From Spirochaetia bacterium (GTDB lineage: Bacteria; Spirochaetota; Spirochaetia; DAHUYW01): 64,000 nucleotides of DNA. Below are positions 28,996-39,024 of this stretch, in pieces. Every line of letters begins with the position of its first letter. Within the stretch, counting starts at the first letter, position 1. Position numbers and translations under genes: made by a program. The stretch lies in the NCBI GenBank assembly GCA_030041455.1, contig JASHNV010000119.1, forward strand, positions 96,443 through 160,442, written 5' to 3'. The notes under the pieces are model-generated. The model was given only the letters and a program-made list of their open reading frames with translations, searched no databases and was not told the origin of the DNA.

Positions 28996-29426
28996 GGCCG
29001 GCTCGCCTCCGGCGCCGACCGGGGCGCCGGCTCCATGCGCAGGCTTATGCCCTCGAAGCCGTTCTTCCGCAGGATGTCGAGCACCTGGACCATGAGGCTG
29101 TAGGTGATGTTCTCGTCCCCCTCGAGGACCACCGAATGAATGGCGCGCCGCTCCGGAGCGCCGAGCGCCGAGAGCGCCCGGTCGAAGCCCGCGAGGTTAT
29201 AGCGGGTTCGATTGACGTAGAGCGCGTCGGCCGACTGCACCGACACGACGAGCGGGCTCATCTTCGCGTTCTCCGCGGTGGTGGACGCGGGGAGCTTCAG
29301 CTTGATCGCGGGGGCCACGATGAAGGTGCTCGTCACCATGAAGAAGACGACGAGGTTGAACACGACGTCGACCATCGGCACGAGGTTGAGAACCGAGATC
29401 GGGGCGAGCCGTCGCCTGAACTGCAT
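28992..29426 (-). CDS. exbD: ExbD/TolR-family protein
   Basis: NLVPMVDVVFNLVVFFMVT (TM Asp), V..GDE...Y..MV.VLD. Confidence 0.9.
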   Translation of the reverse strand: MQFRRRLAPISVLNLVPMVDVVFNLVVFFMVTSTFIVAPAIKLKLPASTTAENAKMSPLVVSVQSADALYVNRTRYNLAGFDRALSALGAPERRAIHSVVLEGDENITYSLMVQVLDILRKNGFEGISLRMEPAPRSAPEASRP

Positions 29427-30050
29427 CTAATCCTCCTGCTTCGCGTACTCGCGCCTCACGAGGAGGAGCACCATCTCGCTCACGCGGTTCTCGAGGCGGA
29501 TGACGATGTGGCTGACTCGCTGCACGAGGTGGTTGTAGAAGGCGACGGCGGGCATCGCGACCGTGATTCCCGCCGCGGTCGACAGAAGCGCCACCGCGAC
29601 GCCCTTCGACAGCTCGGAGGGATCGCCCGAGGGGCCCGAGCCGAGGACTCCGAAGGCCCGTATCATGCCGATGACCGTCCCGAGAAGCCCGAGGAGCGGC
29701 GCGATGTGGGCGATGGTCCCGAGGGTGGTGAGGAAGCGCTCGAGGCGAGGCACCTCCATGTTCGCCGCCGCGGTCACGGCCTCCTTGATCGTCTGCTCGG
29801 AGTAGGCGCGGTGCTCGATGCCCACCTTCATGAGGTTCGTGATCGGCGCGGGGTTGTTCTCGCAGATGCTCAGCGCCTCGTCGAAGTGGCCCTTCTCGAG
29901 CGTCGCCTTCAGGCGCCCCATCATCTTCGTCTCGTCGATCTGGATCTTCCGGAAGAAAATGAGCCGCTCGATGACGATGACCGCGGCAACGAGCGACATG
30001 AGCATGATGATGAGCACGACCACGCCGCCTTTCTGGATCAGGACTATCAT
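29427..30050 (-). CDS. exbB: MotA/TolQ/ExbB proton channel protein
   Basis: APLLGLLGTVIGMI.AF, GVAVALLSTAAG..VA.PA. Confidence 0.92.
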   Translation of the reverse strand: MIVLIQKGGVVVLIIMLMSLVAAVIVIERLIFFRKIQIDETKMMGRLKATLEKGHFDEALSICENNPAPITNLMKVGIEHRAYSEQTIKEAVTAAANMEVPRLERFLTTLGTIAHIAPLLGLLGTVIGMIRAFGVLGSGPSGDPSELSKGVAVALLSTAAGITVAMPAVAFYNHLVQRVSHIVIRLENRVSEMVLLLVRREYAKQED

Positions 30051-30065
30051 TGCCTTTCCCCCATA

Positions 30066-31709
30066 CTAAAAGGATATCTCGGTCTTCAGCGTTACGTTGA
30101 AGCCGGGTTCGAGGTAGGTTCCCCAGAGCGTGCGCCCCCCCTCGACGAACGGCGTCACGAGGTCGTTCACGTTCGCGATGAACAGCACCCCTTCGCTCGC
30201 GCGCACGAAGCCGGAAAGCCCGATGTCCGGCGCCTGCGCCCCGGTCGTGTAGAGGTCCAGGCTTCCGGTGAGGCCTCCGCCGACGCTGTTCTTCCGGTTC
30301 GCGACCTCGGCGTCGAGGCTGAACGTCGAGATCGGAAGGAGCGGGCTCGACTCGTAGAAGTCGCCCTCCCAGGAGCCCTTCAGGCTGAAGGGGCCCTCAG
30401 GCCTCCAGGAGAGGCCGAACGACGGCTTCACGCGCGCGCTTGCGACCTGCGCGAAGGTAAACAGGCCGCTCCCGTCGGCCGAGAGGCCGATCGGCACGAC
30501 CGCGGCGGTGTCGGTGGAGTACTCGAGGCCGAGATCGAGCGCGAGCTCCTCGCCGATGCGGACCCGCGACGTCCCGCCGAGGTACCACGAGAGCGAGCTC
30601 GCAAGGGGCCCGGCCTCCTCGATGAACGGATAGGCGGCCCAGAGGTCGGCGTAGGAGTAGTCGTTCACGCGGTAGCCTCCGTAGAGGCGGTAGGTGAAGG
30701 AGTCGCCCGAGAAGCCGCTTGCGTCGAGCTCGAAGGGCGCCTGGAGGTCGTTCGTCGGGTCCCAATGCACGCCGACCTTGCCGCTCAAGGTGAGCCCCTC
30801 GCCGACGTCGGCCTTCAGGGAGAGCGTGCCGCCCGCCCGGGCGACGGAGGCTGACGGCTCCGACTGGTCCTGGGCGAGCGGCATGATCTCGGTCAGGCCG
30901 TAGAAGCCGTCGAGGGACGCGCGCAGCGCGCCGCTTGCGTAGGTGACGCCGAGGTCCGGCGTCGCCCGGTACTCGGCGCCGTTTCTCGGCGCCGAGGCTG
31001 AGAGCGTCGTGTCGGCGATCCCGCCGTCCACCGACGCGGTGAGCCCGAAGGGGTTGGCGCTCTGGTAGGAGCTCGAAACGTTCGCGTCGATGAAGCGGTG
31101 GGTCACGGAGCTGTAGTCGCCGAGGCCCTGCAGGCCGTCCTCCGTCTCGGTGTAGGAGGCGCCTGAGTCGAGGCGGAAGGGGCTTCCGTTTCCGGCGGAG
31201 AGCGACCCGTCGATCGCGTCGTTGCGATGGAAGTAGCCCGAACCGGTCGGCTCGAAGGTCGCTCCGTCGTCGTAGCCGTCGAGCTGGTCGTGGGAAAAAT
31301 GGAGGCTGAAGCGCGGATCGGCGCCGATCTTGTATAGGCTGACCTCCCCGATGACCTGGTTCATCGAGCCCGCGCCGATCGTGCCCTCGCTGTAGAACGA
31401 CGACTGACGGGAGGCGCCCGCTCCGCTCGGCGAGGCGGAGGGCACCGGCACGTTGTAGCTCACCTGGGCGACGTTGAGCTTCGCGACGTCGGGGAGCGCC
31501 GGCTCGATCGCGGGGAGGGGCGGCGGACTCTGCTGCGGAAGGGGCGTCTGGATCTCGGCCTGCGAGACGTCCTCGACGCTGAGCATGACTGGCGGGAGCA
31601 CGATCCCCGGCTCCGCGGGCTCGACGCTTTGCGCCGGGAGGAGGCCGGGAAGCGAGACGAGAAGGATCCCCGGGAGAAGCGCCCGCGCGGCCGAGCCGGA
31701 CCCTTTCAC
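30066..31709 (-). CDS. Putative outer-membrane beta-barrel (TonB-receptor-like, no classical plug evident)
   Basis: GTG 31709 (GTGA overlap); signal peptide; alternating hydrophobic beta-strands; C-terminal TLKTEISF ending in Phe. Confidence 0.65.
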   Translation of the reverse strand: MKGSGSAARALLPGILLVSLPGLLPAQSVEPAEPGIVLPPVMLSVEDVSQAEIQTPLPQQSPPPLPAIEPALPDVAKLNVAQVSYNVPVPSASPSGAGASRQSSFYSEGTIGAGSMNQVIGEVSLYKIGADPRFSLHFSHDQLDGYDDGATFEPTGSGYFHRNDAIDGSLSAGNGSPFRLDSGASYTETEDGLQGLGDYSSVTHRFIDANVSSSYQSANPFGLTASVDGGIADTTLSASAPRNGAEYRATPDLGVTYASGALRASLDGFYGLTEIMPLAQDQSEPSASVARAGGTLSLKADVGEGLTLSGKVGVHWDPTNDLQAPFELDASGFSGDSFTYRLYGGYRVNDYSYADLWAAYPFIEEAGPLASSLSWYLGGTSRVRIGEELALDLGLEYSTDTAAVVPIGLSADGSGLFTFAQVASARVKPSFGLSWRPEGPFSLKGSWEGDFYESSPLLPISTFSLDAEVANRKNSVGGGLTGSLDLYTTGAQAPDIGLSGFVRASEGVLFIANVNDLVTPFVEGGRTLWGTYLEPGFNVTLKTEISF

Positions 31710-34630
31710 GGCGCGCCTCCGAGGAGCTTCTTCGCCTCGGCGGCCCACTCGGAGGAGGGGAAATCGGTCTCGATGCGACTCGCCATCGCGGAGGCGGCCT
31801 CCGCGTCGCCCGAGAGCTTCGCCATCTCCGCCGCGCGATACATGCTCGCGGCGGCGAGGTCCCGATCGGTCGGATCGATCGTCGCGGCCGCGAGGAACTC
31901 GTTCGCCGCTCGGCCGAGGTCGCCCGTTCGGTAGAAGTACTCGCCCACGAGGTACTGCGCCTGGGCGGCTTCGTGCGGATCTCCTCCCTTCTCCGCGATG
32001 ACCTCCCGGAGGAGCGCGTAGCCCTTTTCCGGGTGGGCGCCGTAGATGTAGATGCGCGCGAGCTCGACCATCGCCTTCCGCCCGGGAGCGGAGCCGCTTC
32101 CGCCGCTTTGCGCGATCGTCGCCGACAGCCCGGCCTCCTGGTCGGATTCGCCGAGGAGGAGGAACTTGATCTTCTCCGCCCTCGCTTCCGCCGAGACCGC
32201 CGTCGCCTCCGCGGGATAGAGCGAGGCAAGCTCGGTATAGAGCTCAAGCGCCTTGCGAAGGTCGCCCGTGCTTTGATAGAAGGCGGCGACCCGCTCCATC
32301 GCGTCGGCCCGGAACGCGCTGTCCCGGTATTCTGAGATCAGCCGCTCCCAGAGGAGGGCGGCCTCCCGATGCGCCCCCGAGCCCCAGGCGGCGCGGCCCC
32401 CCCAATAGACGGCCGCGTCCGCCATCTTCCCGTCCGGATAGTCGGCGAGATAGTCGAGGAAGCCCGCGCGCGCGGCGTCGTAGCGCGCGCTCCGGTAGAG
32501 GAGGTCCGCCCGCTCGTAGAGCGCCTGCGGGGCGAGCGGGTCGGCCGGATAGGTCGAGGCGAGCCTCCGGTAGGCGTCGCTCGCGCCATCGATATCGCCC
32601 TTCGCGGCGAGCGCGGCGGCGTACTCGAACAGGGCGTCAGGCGCGAAGGGCGACGAAGGCTCCCCTTCGAAGAGGCTCCGAAAGGCCGGGATCGCGGCGT
32701 CGGTCTCGCCGCCTGAGGCGAGGCTCTTCGCCTCCATGTACCTCCCGCGGTCGCGCTCCTCGCCGACCGAAGCGTCCGCGTAGGTGAGGAAGCTCCGCTC
32801 CGCCGAGGCGTAGTCGCCGGTGAGGTAGGAGCACCACCCGGCGAGGTAGTAGGACTTCGCGCGAAAGACGCTCCCGGGATAGCGGGAGACGAGCGCCTGG
32901 AAGGAGGCTCGCGCCGAGGCGTAGTCGGCGAGGCGGTAGGAAGCCCAGCCGCGGTAGAAAAGCGCGTACGGCTCGATGACGGCGAGGCCGCTCGCCTCGA
33001 GCCCGGCCGGGGTCAAGGCCTCAAGGGCGGCGAGCGCTTGCGCGTAGGCCTTCTCGGAGATCAGGATGAGCCCGTTCAGGTACTGGATCGTGAGGTAGGA
33101 GGCGGGGTCGCGCTTCGGCAGATCGGGGAACGCCGCGAGCGTCCGTGCCGAGGTCTGCTGGACGGCGAGGTAGTTCTTCTGCTCGAAGTAGAGCTTCGCG
33201 AGCTCGACGCGCGCGCCGACGTCTTCGGGGGCGAGCGGGAGGTACTGTTCGAGGGCCTGCGTCGCGCGTCCGCTGTCGCCGAGTTTCGCGTAGACGTCGG
33301 ATTTGAGCTTCAAAAGCTTCGACGAGTAGCCTCCGGCCTGCGCGTCGACGAACGCGCGATCGATCTCCGCGAGCGACGCCTCGAAGCGCCCGGAGCGGAA
33401 GGCGGCGAGCGCCGCGAGGTAGCCGCTCTCGCTCGCGTAGGAGGAGGCAGGGAACTCGGCGAGGAGGCGGTCGAAGGCGCTCTTCGCGGAGTCCCACTCC
33501 GAGAGGTCGAGGTAGAGCGAGCCGAGCTTCAGGAGCATGAGGTCGCGGTAGCCTGAGGAGACTCGTTCCGTCGGGCTCGTCGCCTGCGCGAGGACCTCGG
33601 CGGCCTCGCGATCCCTCCCCGTCTTCGCCATCGCGCCGGCGAGGTAGAGCGGCACGAGGGGACTCACGCCCGCCTCGGATCGCGCGGCCCAGAGGCGGTC
33701 GAGGTAGGAGAGCGCGACCTCGTAGCGCCCCCGCGAGAAGCTGTCGACCCCGACGTGCAGCCAGAAGCTCTTCAGGATGTCCGGCCTGCCTGAAAGCGCG
33801 ACCTCGGCGGAGCTCACCACGCCCGACAGGCGAGCCTCGTCGCCCTCGGCCTCGTAGATCGAGAACAGCCGCTCGTAGGCGACCCCCGAGATCTCCGGCG
33901 CCGAGCTCAAGAGAAGGCCGTAGAGGCTCTCCGCCTTCGCCGTGCTCCCGGTTCCGTAGTAGGCCTCCGCGCGGTAGAGCGTGAGGCGGTCCCGCCAATC
34001 GCCCGAGAGCTTCTCGATCGGGGCTCGGTCGAGAAGCTTGAGGACCGCGCCGTAGTCGCCGCTTTGCAGGTCGAGGGCGCAGAGCTCCGCGAGGGCGTAG
34101 GGTATCGAGGTCGGCTCCGCGAGCGACCCGACGAGCCGGACAAGATCGGTCCGCGCGCTTTCGAGCTTGCCGAGGTCGAGCTCGCTGATCGCCTTGTACA
34201 GGAGCGCCTGGCCGGAAAGCGACGCGTCGGAGCCGCTCAGATAGACGTTGAACGCCTCCACCGCGGCGCCGTAGGCGCCCATCCGGTAGTCGGTCATCCC
34301 GATCCAGAACGGCACGTAGGCAAGATAGCGCGTGAACGAGTAGCGGGTCTCGATGGTCTTCAGGAGCGAGAGCGCCTCGTCGAGTCGGCCCGAGTAGTAC
34401 AGACAGAGCGCCCGGTGAAACTCGGCGTCCGGCAGGTAGGTGGACAGCGGATAGGCGGCGACGAACGCGTCGTATTGGTCGAGGGCGAGCTCGTAGTTTC
34501 CGCTCTGGAACCGCCCCTCCGCCTGGAGGAAGAGCTGACGCTCGTCGTCCTGCGCGTGCGCGGCAAGGCAGACGAGCAGGAACGCGAGAAGGAAGAGTAT
34601 TCGTCGCGCGGATGGCAGCAATGCGCCCAT
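31706..34630 (-). CDS. Large secreted TPR protein (YbgF/BamD-like repeats)
   Basis: Signal peptide ending AHA; many YP.S...A.A.Y-type TPR units over about 950 aa. Confidence 0.88.
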   Translation of the reverse strand: MGALLPSARRILFLLAFLLVCLAAHAQDDERQLFLQAEGRFQSGNYELALDQYDAFVAAYPLSTYLPDAEFHRALCLYYSGRLDEALSLLKTIETRYSFTRYLAYVPFWIGMTDYRMGAYGAAVEAFNVYLSGSDASLSGQALLYKAISELDLGKLESARTDLVRLVGSLAEPTSIPYALAELCALDLQSGDYGAVLKLLDRAPIEKLSGDWRDRLTLYRAEAYYGTGSTAKAESLYGLLLSSAPEISGVAYERLFSIYEAEGDEARLSGVVSSAEVALSGRPDILKSFWLHVGVDSFSRGRYEVALSYLDRLWAARSEAGVSPLVPLYLAGAMAKTGRDREAAEVLAQATSPTERVSSGYRDLMLLKLGSLYLDLSEWDSAKSAFDRLLAEFPASSYASESGYLAALAAFRSGRFEASLAEIDRAFVDAQAGGYSSKLLKLKSDVYAKLGDSGRATQALEQYLPLAPEDVGARVELAKLYFEQKNYLAVQQTSARTLAAFPDLPKRDPASYLTIQYLNGLILISEKAYAQALAALEALTPAGLEASGLAVIEPYALFYRGWASYRLADYASARASFQALVSRYPGSVFRAKSYYLAGWCSYLTGDYASAERSFLTYADASVGEERDRGRYMEAKSLASGGETDAAIPAFRSLFEGEPSSPFAPDALFEYAAALAAKGDIDGASDAYRRLASTYPADPLAPQALYERADLLYRSARYDAARAGFLDYLADYPDGKMADAAVYWGGRAAWGSGAHREAALLWERLISEYRDSAFRADAMERVAAFYQSTGDLRKALELYTELASLYPAEATAVSAEARAEKIKFLLLGESDQEAGLSATIAQSGGSGSAPGRKAMVELARIYIYGAHPEKGYALLREVIAEKGGDPHEAAQAQYLVGEYFYRTGDLGRAANEFLAAATIDPTDRDLAAASMYRAAEMAKLSGDAEAASAMASRIETDFPSSEWAAEAKKLLGGAP

Positions 34631-34636
34631 TAGCAG

Positions 34637-35899
34637 TCAATCAATTTTGGGCGGGCTAAAGTTACGGCTCGCGCGGATCTTCTCGAGGAGGATGAAGTTT
34701 CCGGGATAGCGGCGCTGGAGGGACGCGATGCCGGTCTCGAGGTTGCGCTCCATGACGTCGACCTCGAAGCGTCCGTCCGGGCCGAAGTAGGGAAAGAGCA
34801 CGACGACGTGCGAGTGCTCTCGGACGCCCGGCTGCTCGGGGAGCTCGTGATTCACCGAGCCGAGATAGAAGTCGCCGGGATTGCGGACCGCGAGCTCGTA
34901 GAGGATGAAGCGCAGGTCGCCGAGGTCGTAGCCCGAGTCCCGCTCGAAGTGGAAGAACGGAATGTCGCGGACGTCGGCGTCCTCGGGACCCGCCTCGGGG
35001 TCGTCGAGGCGGTCGACGGCGAGCGCGAGGTTCCGCGTCCAGTCGAGGCCGAAATAGGGATCGAGCCCCTCGAAGACGCCGCTCGACGGGGTGCCCCGCA
35101 GATCGAGATGCTTTTTCTTCAGCGCCTCGATGCTGATGAGGTGTCCGGTCCGCGGTCCGTAGAGGCCGTCCATGACCCATTTGTCGAAGCCGCTGCAGTT
35201 GAAGCCGCCGCCGGAAAGCGCGCGGAGCGTCCTGATGTAGACGAACTTGCCCGCCGCGTTCATCGCCCCGTCGTCGTGATCGGAAAGTTTGGGCAGCTCG
35301 GCGCGGATCTTGTCGACCATGCTCCGTACGACGCCGTCCTCCGGGAGGGGCCGGGAGGGGAAGACGAGACTCCAGTCGACGCTCGCGTCGCAGAGCGCCA
35401 TGATCTTCTCGAAGGGATCGGTGAGCACGTTCTTGAAGCGGAGGGGTATCATGAGCCCCTGATACATCGGAAAGCCGTACATCGAGATGTCCATCACCGA
35501 GCGGTCGCCCGCGGGACGGATGCGCGCGAAGCTGTCCGGGTCGCCGTTCAGGAAGATCTTCACCTGGACGAAGGAGCCGTCGGCGAGGCTTCGCTCGATC
35601 ACGTAGCTTCCCTTGCCGTCGATGGGATACGCGCCGCCTTCGGCGTTGGAGAACGCGAGGTAGAAGTCGCCGTGCTGCCTGAGCACCCGAAAGCGCACGG
35701 AGAGGGGAGGAAAATCCTGGCGGTACACCCCGGTGCGGGCGGCGAGGGCGTCGCGAGTCGAGCCTTCGATCAGGCCGGCAAGCTCCCCGCGGACGCCCGA
35801 GTTTTCCGCGAAGCCGGCCTCCTCCGACCAGGCGGGGAGCGTCGCGAGCGCGAGCAGGAGGAGAGCGAGCGCCGCCCGAGCCGAACGATGGCCACGCAT
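34637..35899 (-). CDS. Secreted conserved hypothetical protein with NlpC/P60-like Cys/His motifs
   Basis: Signal peptide; GFNCSGF...NPGDFYL...HSHVVVL in canonical order. Confidence 0.7.
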   Translation of the reverse strand: MRGHRSARAALALLLLALATLPAWSEEAGFAENSGVRGELAGLIEGSTRDALAARTGVYRQDFPPLSVRFRVLRQHGDFYLAFSNAEGGAYPIDGKGSYVIERSLADGSFVQVKIFLNGDPDSFARIRPAGDRSVMDISMYGFPMYQGLMIPLRFKNVLTDPFEKIMALCDASVDWSLVFPSRPLPEDGVVRSMVDKIRAELPKLSDHDDGAMNAAGKFVYIRTLRALSGGGFNCSGFDKWVMDGLYGPRTGHLISIEALKKKHLDLRGTPSSGVFEGLDPYFGLDWTRNLALAVDRLDDPEAGPEDADVRDIPFFHFERDSGYDLGDLRFILYELAVRNPGDFYLGSVNHELPEQPGVREHSHVVVLFPYFGPDGRFEVDVMERNLETGIASLQRRYPGNFILLEKIRASRNFSPPKID

Positions 35900-35945
35900 A
35901 CCGCTTTGAGTATCGGCCGAAGAGCTTCCGGCATCAAGCGCCGGG

Positions 35946-37301
35946 CTATTCGCGGAGCTCCACCTCGATCGGCACGTGCGCCATCCCGAAGTCCTTCCGG
36001 AGGCGGTTTTTGAGGTATTCGACCCACGAGGCCGGGAACCCCCGCCGCTTGTTCACGAACAGGACGAAGCGAAGCGGCGTCGCGTGGACCTGGGTCACGT
36101 AGCGGGCGCGAAAGGTCGAGGCGCTCGAGCTCTTCGGGGCGAAGCGGGCGTTCCACTCCCCGAGCGCGCGGTTGAGCGTCGCCGTCTCGATTCTCTTGTT
36201 GAGCTCGCGCCACACCTGGAAGACCGTCGAGAGGAGCTTCGAGATTCCGTCGCCCGTGAGGGCCGAGATCGGGACGACCGGCGCGAAATCGAGCAGGGGA
36301 AAGAGGAACCTGATCCGGTCGACGAACGCCTCCCGCCGATTGGGGACCGCCTCGACGAGGTCCCACTTGTTGAGCACGAGGACGATCCCCTTGCCGCGGC
36401 GCACCACGAGCGCCGCGATCTTCTTGTCCTGGTCGGTCACGCTCTCAAGCGAGTCGACGACGAGGAGCACGACGTCGGAGTCCTCGATGCTGCGGATCGC
36501 GCGATTGACCGTGTAGTACTCGAGGCTCTCCTCCACGCGGCTCTTTCGTCGGATGCCCGCGGTGTCGAGAATCCTCAGCCGAATCCCGCGGTGGAGGAGC
36601 TCGCCCTCGATGACGTCTCGAGTCGTGCCGGGAATCGGCGAGACGATCGAGCGCTCGGAGCCCGCGAGGCGGTTCATGAGCGTCGATTTGCCGGTATTCG
36701 GCTTTCCGAGAATCGCGAGCCTGATCTCGTTCGCCGGGATCGATAGCTCCCGAGGCTCCGAAAGGGGCGCGTCGGCCGCCTCCCCGAGAAAGGCGTCGAG
36801 GAGCTCGCGAAGCTCCTGGAAGTTCCTGCCGTGCTCGGCCGACACCCCCACGACGCGCGGGAAGCCGTAGGCGTGAAAGTTCCAGACGAGCGGCTCCTTC
36901 GCCGGATCGTCCACCTTGTTGACGACCAGGATCACCTTGGCGGATTGACGCCTCAGGAGCTCCATGAAGGCGGCGTCCTCCGGGGTCGTGCGGTCGACCT
37001 CCACGACGAAGAGCACGGCGTCGGCGGTCTCGATCGCCGCGAGGCTCCGCGCGACGATCTGCTCGTCGAGCTCGTGGTCCCGGTCGACCTTGAAGCCGCC
37101 GGTGTCGACGAGGAGGACCGGCCGGCCTTCGATCGCGCACTCCGACTCGATCGGGTCGCGCGTGACCCCCGGCGTCGGGTCGGTGATCGCCCTCCTGCGT
37201 CCGAGCAGGCGGTTGAAGAGCGTCGATTTGCCGACGTTGGGCCGTCCGACGATCACGACCCGCCGGCGCTTCTCAGCGGGCGAGAGGCTCGAATCGCTCA
37301 T
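35946..37301 (-). CDS. der: Ribosome biogenesis GTPase Der (EngA)
   Basis: Tandem G-domains GRPNVGKST/DTGG/NKVD and GKPNTGKST/DTAG/NKWD; C-terminal KH-like domain. Confidence 0.97.
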   Translation of the reverse strand: MSDSSLSPAEKRRRVVIVGRPNVGKSTLFNRLLGRRRAITDPTPGVTRDPIESECAIEGRPVLLVDTGGFKVDRDHELDEQIVARSLAAIETADAVLFVVEVDRTTPEDAAFMELLRRQSAKVILVVNKVDDPAKEPLVWNFHAYGFPRVVGVSAEHGRNFQELRELLDAFLGEAADAPLSEPRELSIPANEIRLAILGKPNTGKSTLMNRLAGSERSIVSPIPGTTRDVIEGELLHRGIRLRILDTAGIRRKSRVEESLEYYTVNRAIRSIEDSDVVLLVVDSLESVTDQDKKIAALVVRRGKGIVLVLNKWDLVEAVPNRREAFVDRIRFLFPLLDFAPVVPISALTGDGISKLLSTVFQVWRELNKRIETATLNRALGEWNARFAPKSSSASTFRARYVTQVHATPLRFVLFVNKRRGFPASWVEYLKNRLRKDFGMAHVPIEVELRE

Positions 37302-39015
37302 GCATCCACCCCGAGACGTACTTTTCGATCTCGACCGAGGACTTCATCTCCATGATGGTCCCCACGACCTCCTCCGCTTCCGACATGGAAACCGCCCTGA
37401 TGATCTGTTTGACCTCGGGGATACGCGCGGCGCTCATGCTGAAGGTGTCGAGCCCGAGCCCGAGGAGCGCGACGGTGGCGAGCGGGTCGCCGGCCATCTC
37501 GCCGCACATGCTCACCGGAACGCTCATCGCGTGCGCGTTGTCGATGATCAGGCGCAGGAGCCTGAGAACTCCGGGGTGAAAGGGCTCGTAGAGGTAGGCG
37601 ACCCGCTCGTTGCCTCGGTCGACCGCGATCGTGTATTGGATGAGGTCGTTGGTGCCGATCGAGAAGAACTGCACCTTCCTCGCGAGGATGTCGGAGGTCA
37701 GGGCCGCCGACGGGATCTCGATCATGATCCCGATCGGAACTTCCTCGCGGAACGGAATCCGCTCCGAGCGCAGCTCCCGCCGCACCTCCTCGAGCGCGGC
37801 GAGCGCCTTGCCGAGCTCCTCGGCCCCCGAGATCATGGGGAACATGATCCTGAGGTCGCCGCGGACCGAGGCGCGCAGGAGCGCCCGGAGCTGGGTCTTG
37901 AAGAGGTCGGGCCGCGCGAGGCAGAAGCGGATGGCGCGCCAGCCGAGGATGGGATTCTTCTCGCCGTGGACTCTCAGCTCGGAGATGACCTTGTCGCCGC
38001 CGAGGTCGAGCGTGCGAATGGTGACCGCCTTTCCGCCCATCGCGTCGAGCACCTGGCCGTACGCCTCGCACTGGGCGTCCTCGGAGGGAAATCCGCCGGG
38101 CTTGAGAAAGAGGAACTCGGAGCGGTAGAGCCCGATCCCGTCGGCTCCGTGGGAGAGGACCGACTCGGTCTCCTCCGGCACCTCGATGTTCGCCTTCAGG
38201 CTGATGAGCTTCCCGTCGCGCGTCTCGGCGGGAAGCTCGTTGAGGGTGGAGAGTCTCACCTCGCGCTTTTGCCATTCCTTCGAGGAGCTCAGGTAGCGCT
38301 CGCGGGTCTTCGGGTCGGGGTCGACGATGACCGCGCCGGCGTTGCCGTCGACGATGACGGTATCGCCGCCGCGCACGTGGCGGGTGATCTCCGATAGGCC
38401 GAGCACCGCGGTAATCTCGAAGGACCGGGCGAGGATCGCGGTGTGCGAGGTCTTGCCCCCCACGTCCATCGCGATGCCCTTCACCATGCGCTTGTTCATG
38501 AGAAGCGTGTCGGAGGGCATGAGGTTGTGGGTGACGAGAACCACCTCCTCCGAGAGGTCCGCGAGGGAGATCCGCTCGCGCTTCAGGAGGTGGTCGAGCA
38601 GGCGCTTGCCGACGTCATAGATGTCGACCGCGCGCTCGCGCAGATAGGCGTCCTGCGAGGTCTCCAGCCGCTTGACGAGCTCCGCGATGACCTCGTACAT
38701 GACCCACTCGACGTTGAAGTGGAGCTCGCCGAGCTTCGCCTCGACCTGGCCCGTGAAATCCGGATCGGAGAGCATGAGGAGATGGGCGTCGAGGAAACGA
38801 TCGCCCGCGCTTCCCATCTCCGCCTCCGTGCGAATCTTGAGCGCCTGCGCCTCGGCGACGGCCTTCCCCTGCGCGTCCTTGAACCGCGCGATCTCTCCCG
38901 CCACCTGCGCGGAGCTGATGGCGTACTGAGGGATTGGGGGCTTCTCGTCGACAAAAAGGAAGGCCTTTCCGACCACGATGCCCGGCGAAACGGAAATTCC
39001 GCTGAGCGTTTTCAT
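37273..39015 (-). CDS. ptsI: PTS enzyme I (PEP-protein phosphotransferase)
   Basis: GGKTSHTAILAR (phospho-His), GIGLYRSEF, RTLDLGGDK, NPILGWRAIR, SIGTNDLIQY, CGEMAGDP. Confidence 0.97.
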   Translation of the reverse strand: MKTLSGISVSPGIVVGKAFLFVDEKPPIPQYAISSAQVAGEIARFKDAQGKAVAEAQALKIRTEAEMGSAGDRFLDAHLLMLSDPDFTGQVEAKLGELHFNVEWVMYEVIAELVKRLETSQDAYLRERAVDIYDVGKRLLDHLLKRERISLADLSEEVVLVTHNLMPSDTLLMNKRMVKGIAMDVGGKTSHTAILARSFEITAVLGLSEITRHVRGGDTVIVDGNAGAVIVDPDPKTRERYLSSSKEWQKREVRLSTLNELPAETRDGKLISLKANIEVPEETESVLSHGADGIGLYRSEFLFLKPGGFPSEDAQCEAYGQVLDAMGGKAVTIRTLDLGGDKVISELRVHGEKNPILGWRAIRFCLARPDLFKTQLRALLRASVRGDLRIMFPMISGAEELGKALAALEEVRRELRSERIPFREEVPIGIMIEIPSAALTSDILARKVQFFSIGTNDLIQYTIAVDRGNERVAYLYEPFHPGVLRLLRLIIDNAHAMSVPVSMCGEMAGDPLATVALLGLGLDTFSMSAARIPEVKQIIRAVSMSEAEEVVGTIMEMKSSVEIEKYVSGWMHERFEPLAR

Positions 39016-39024
39016 CGATACGCA

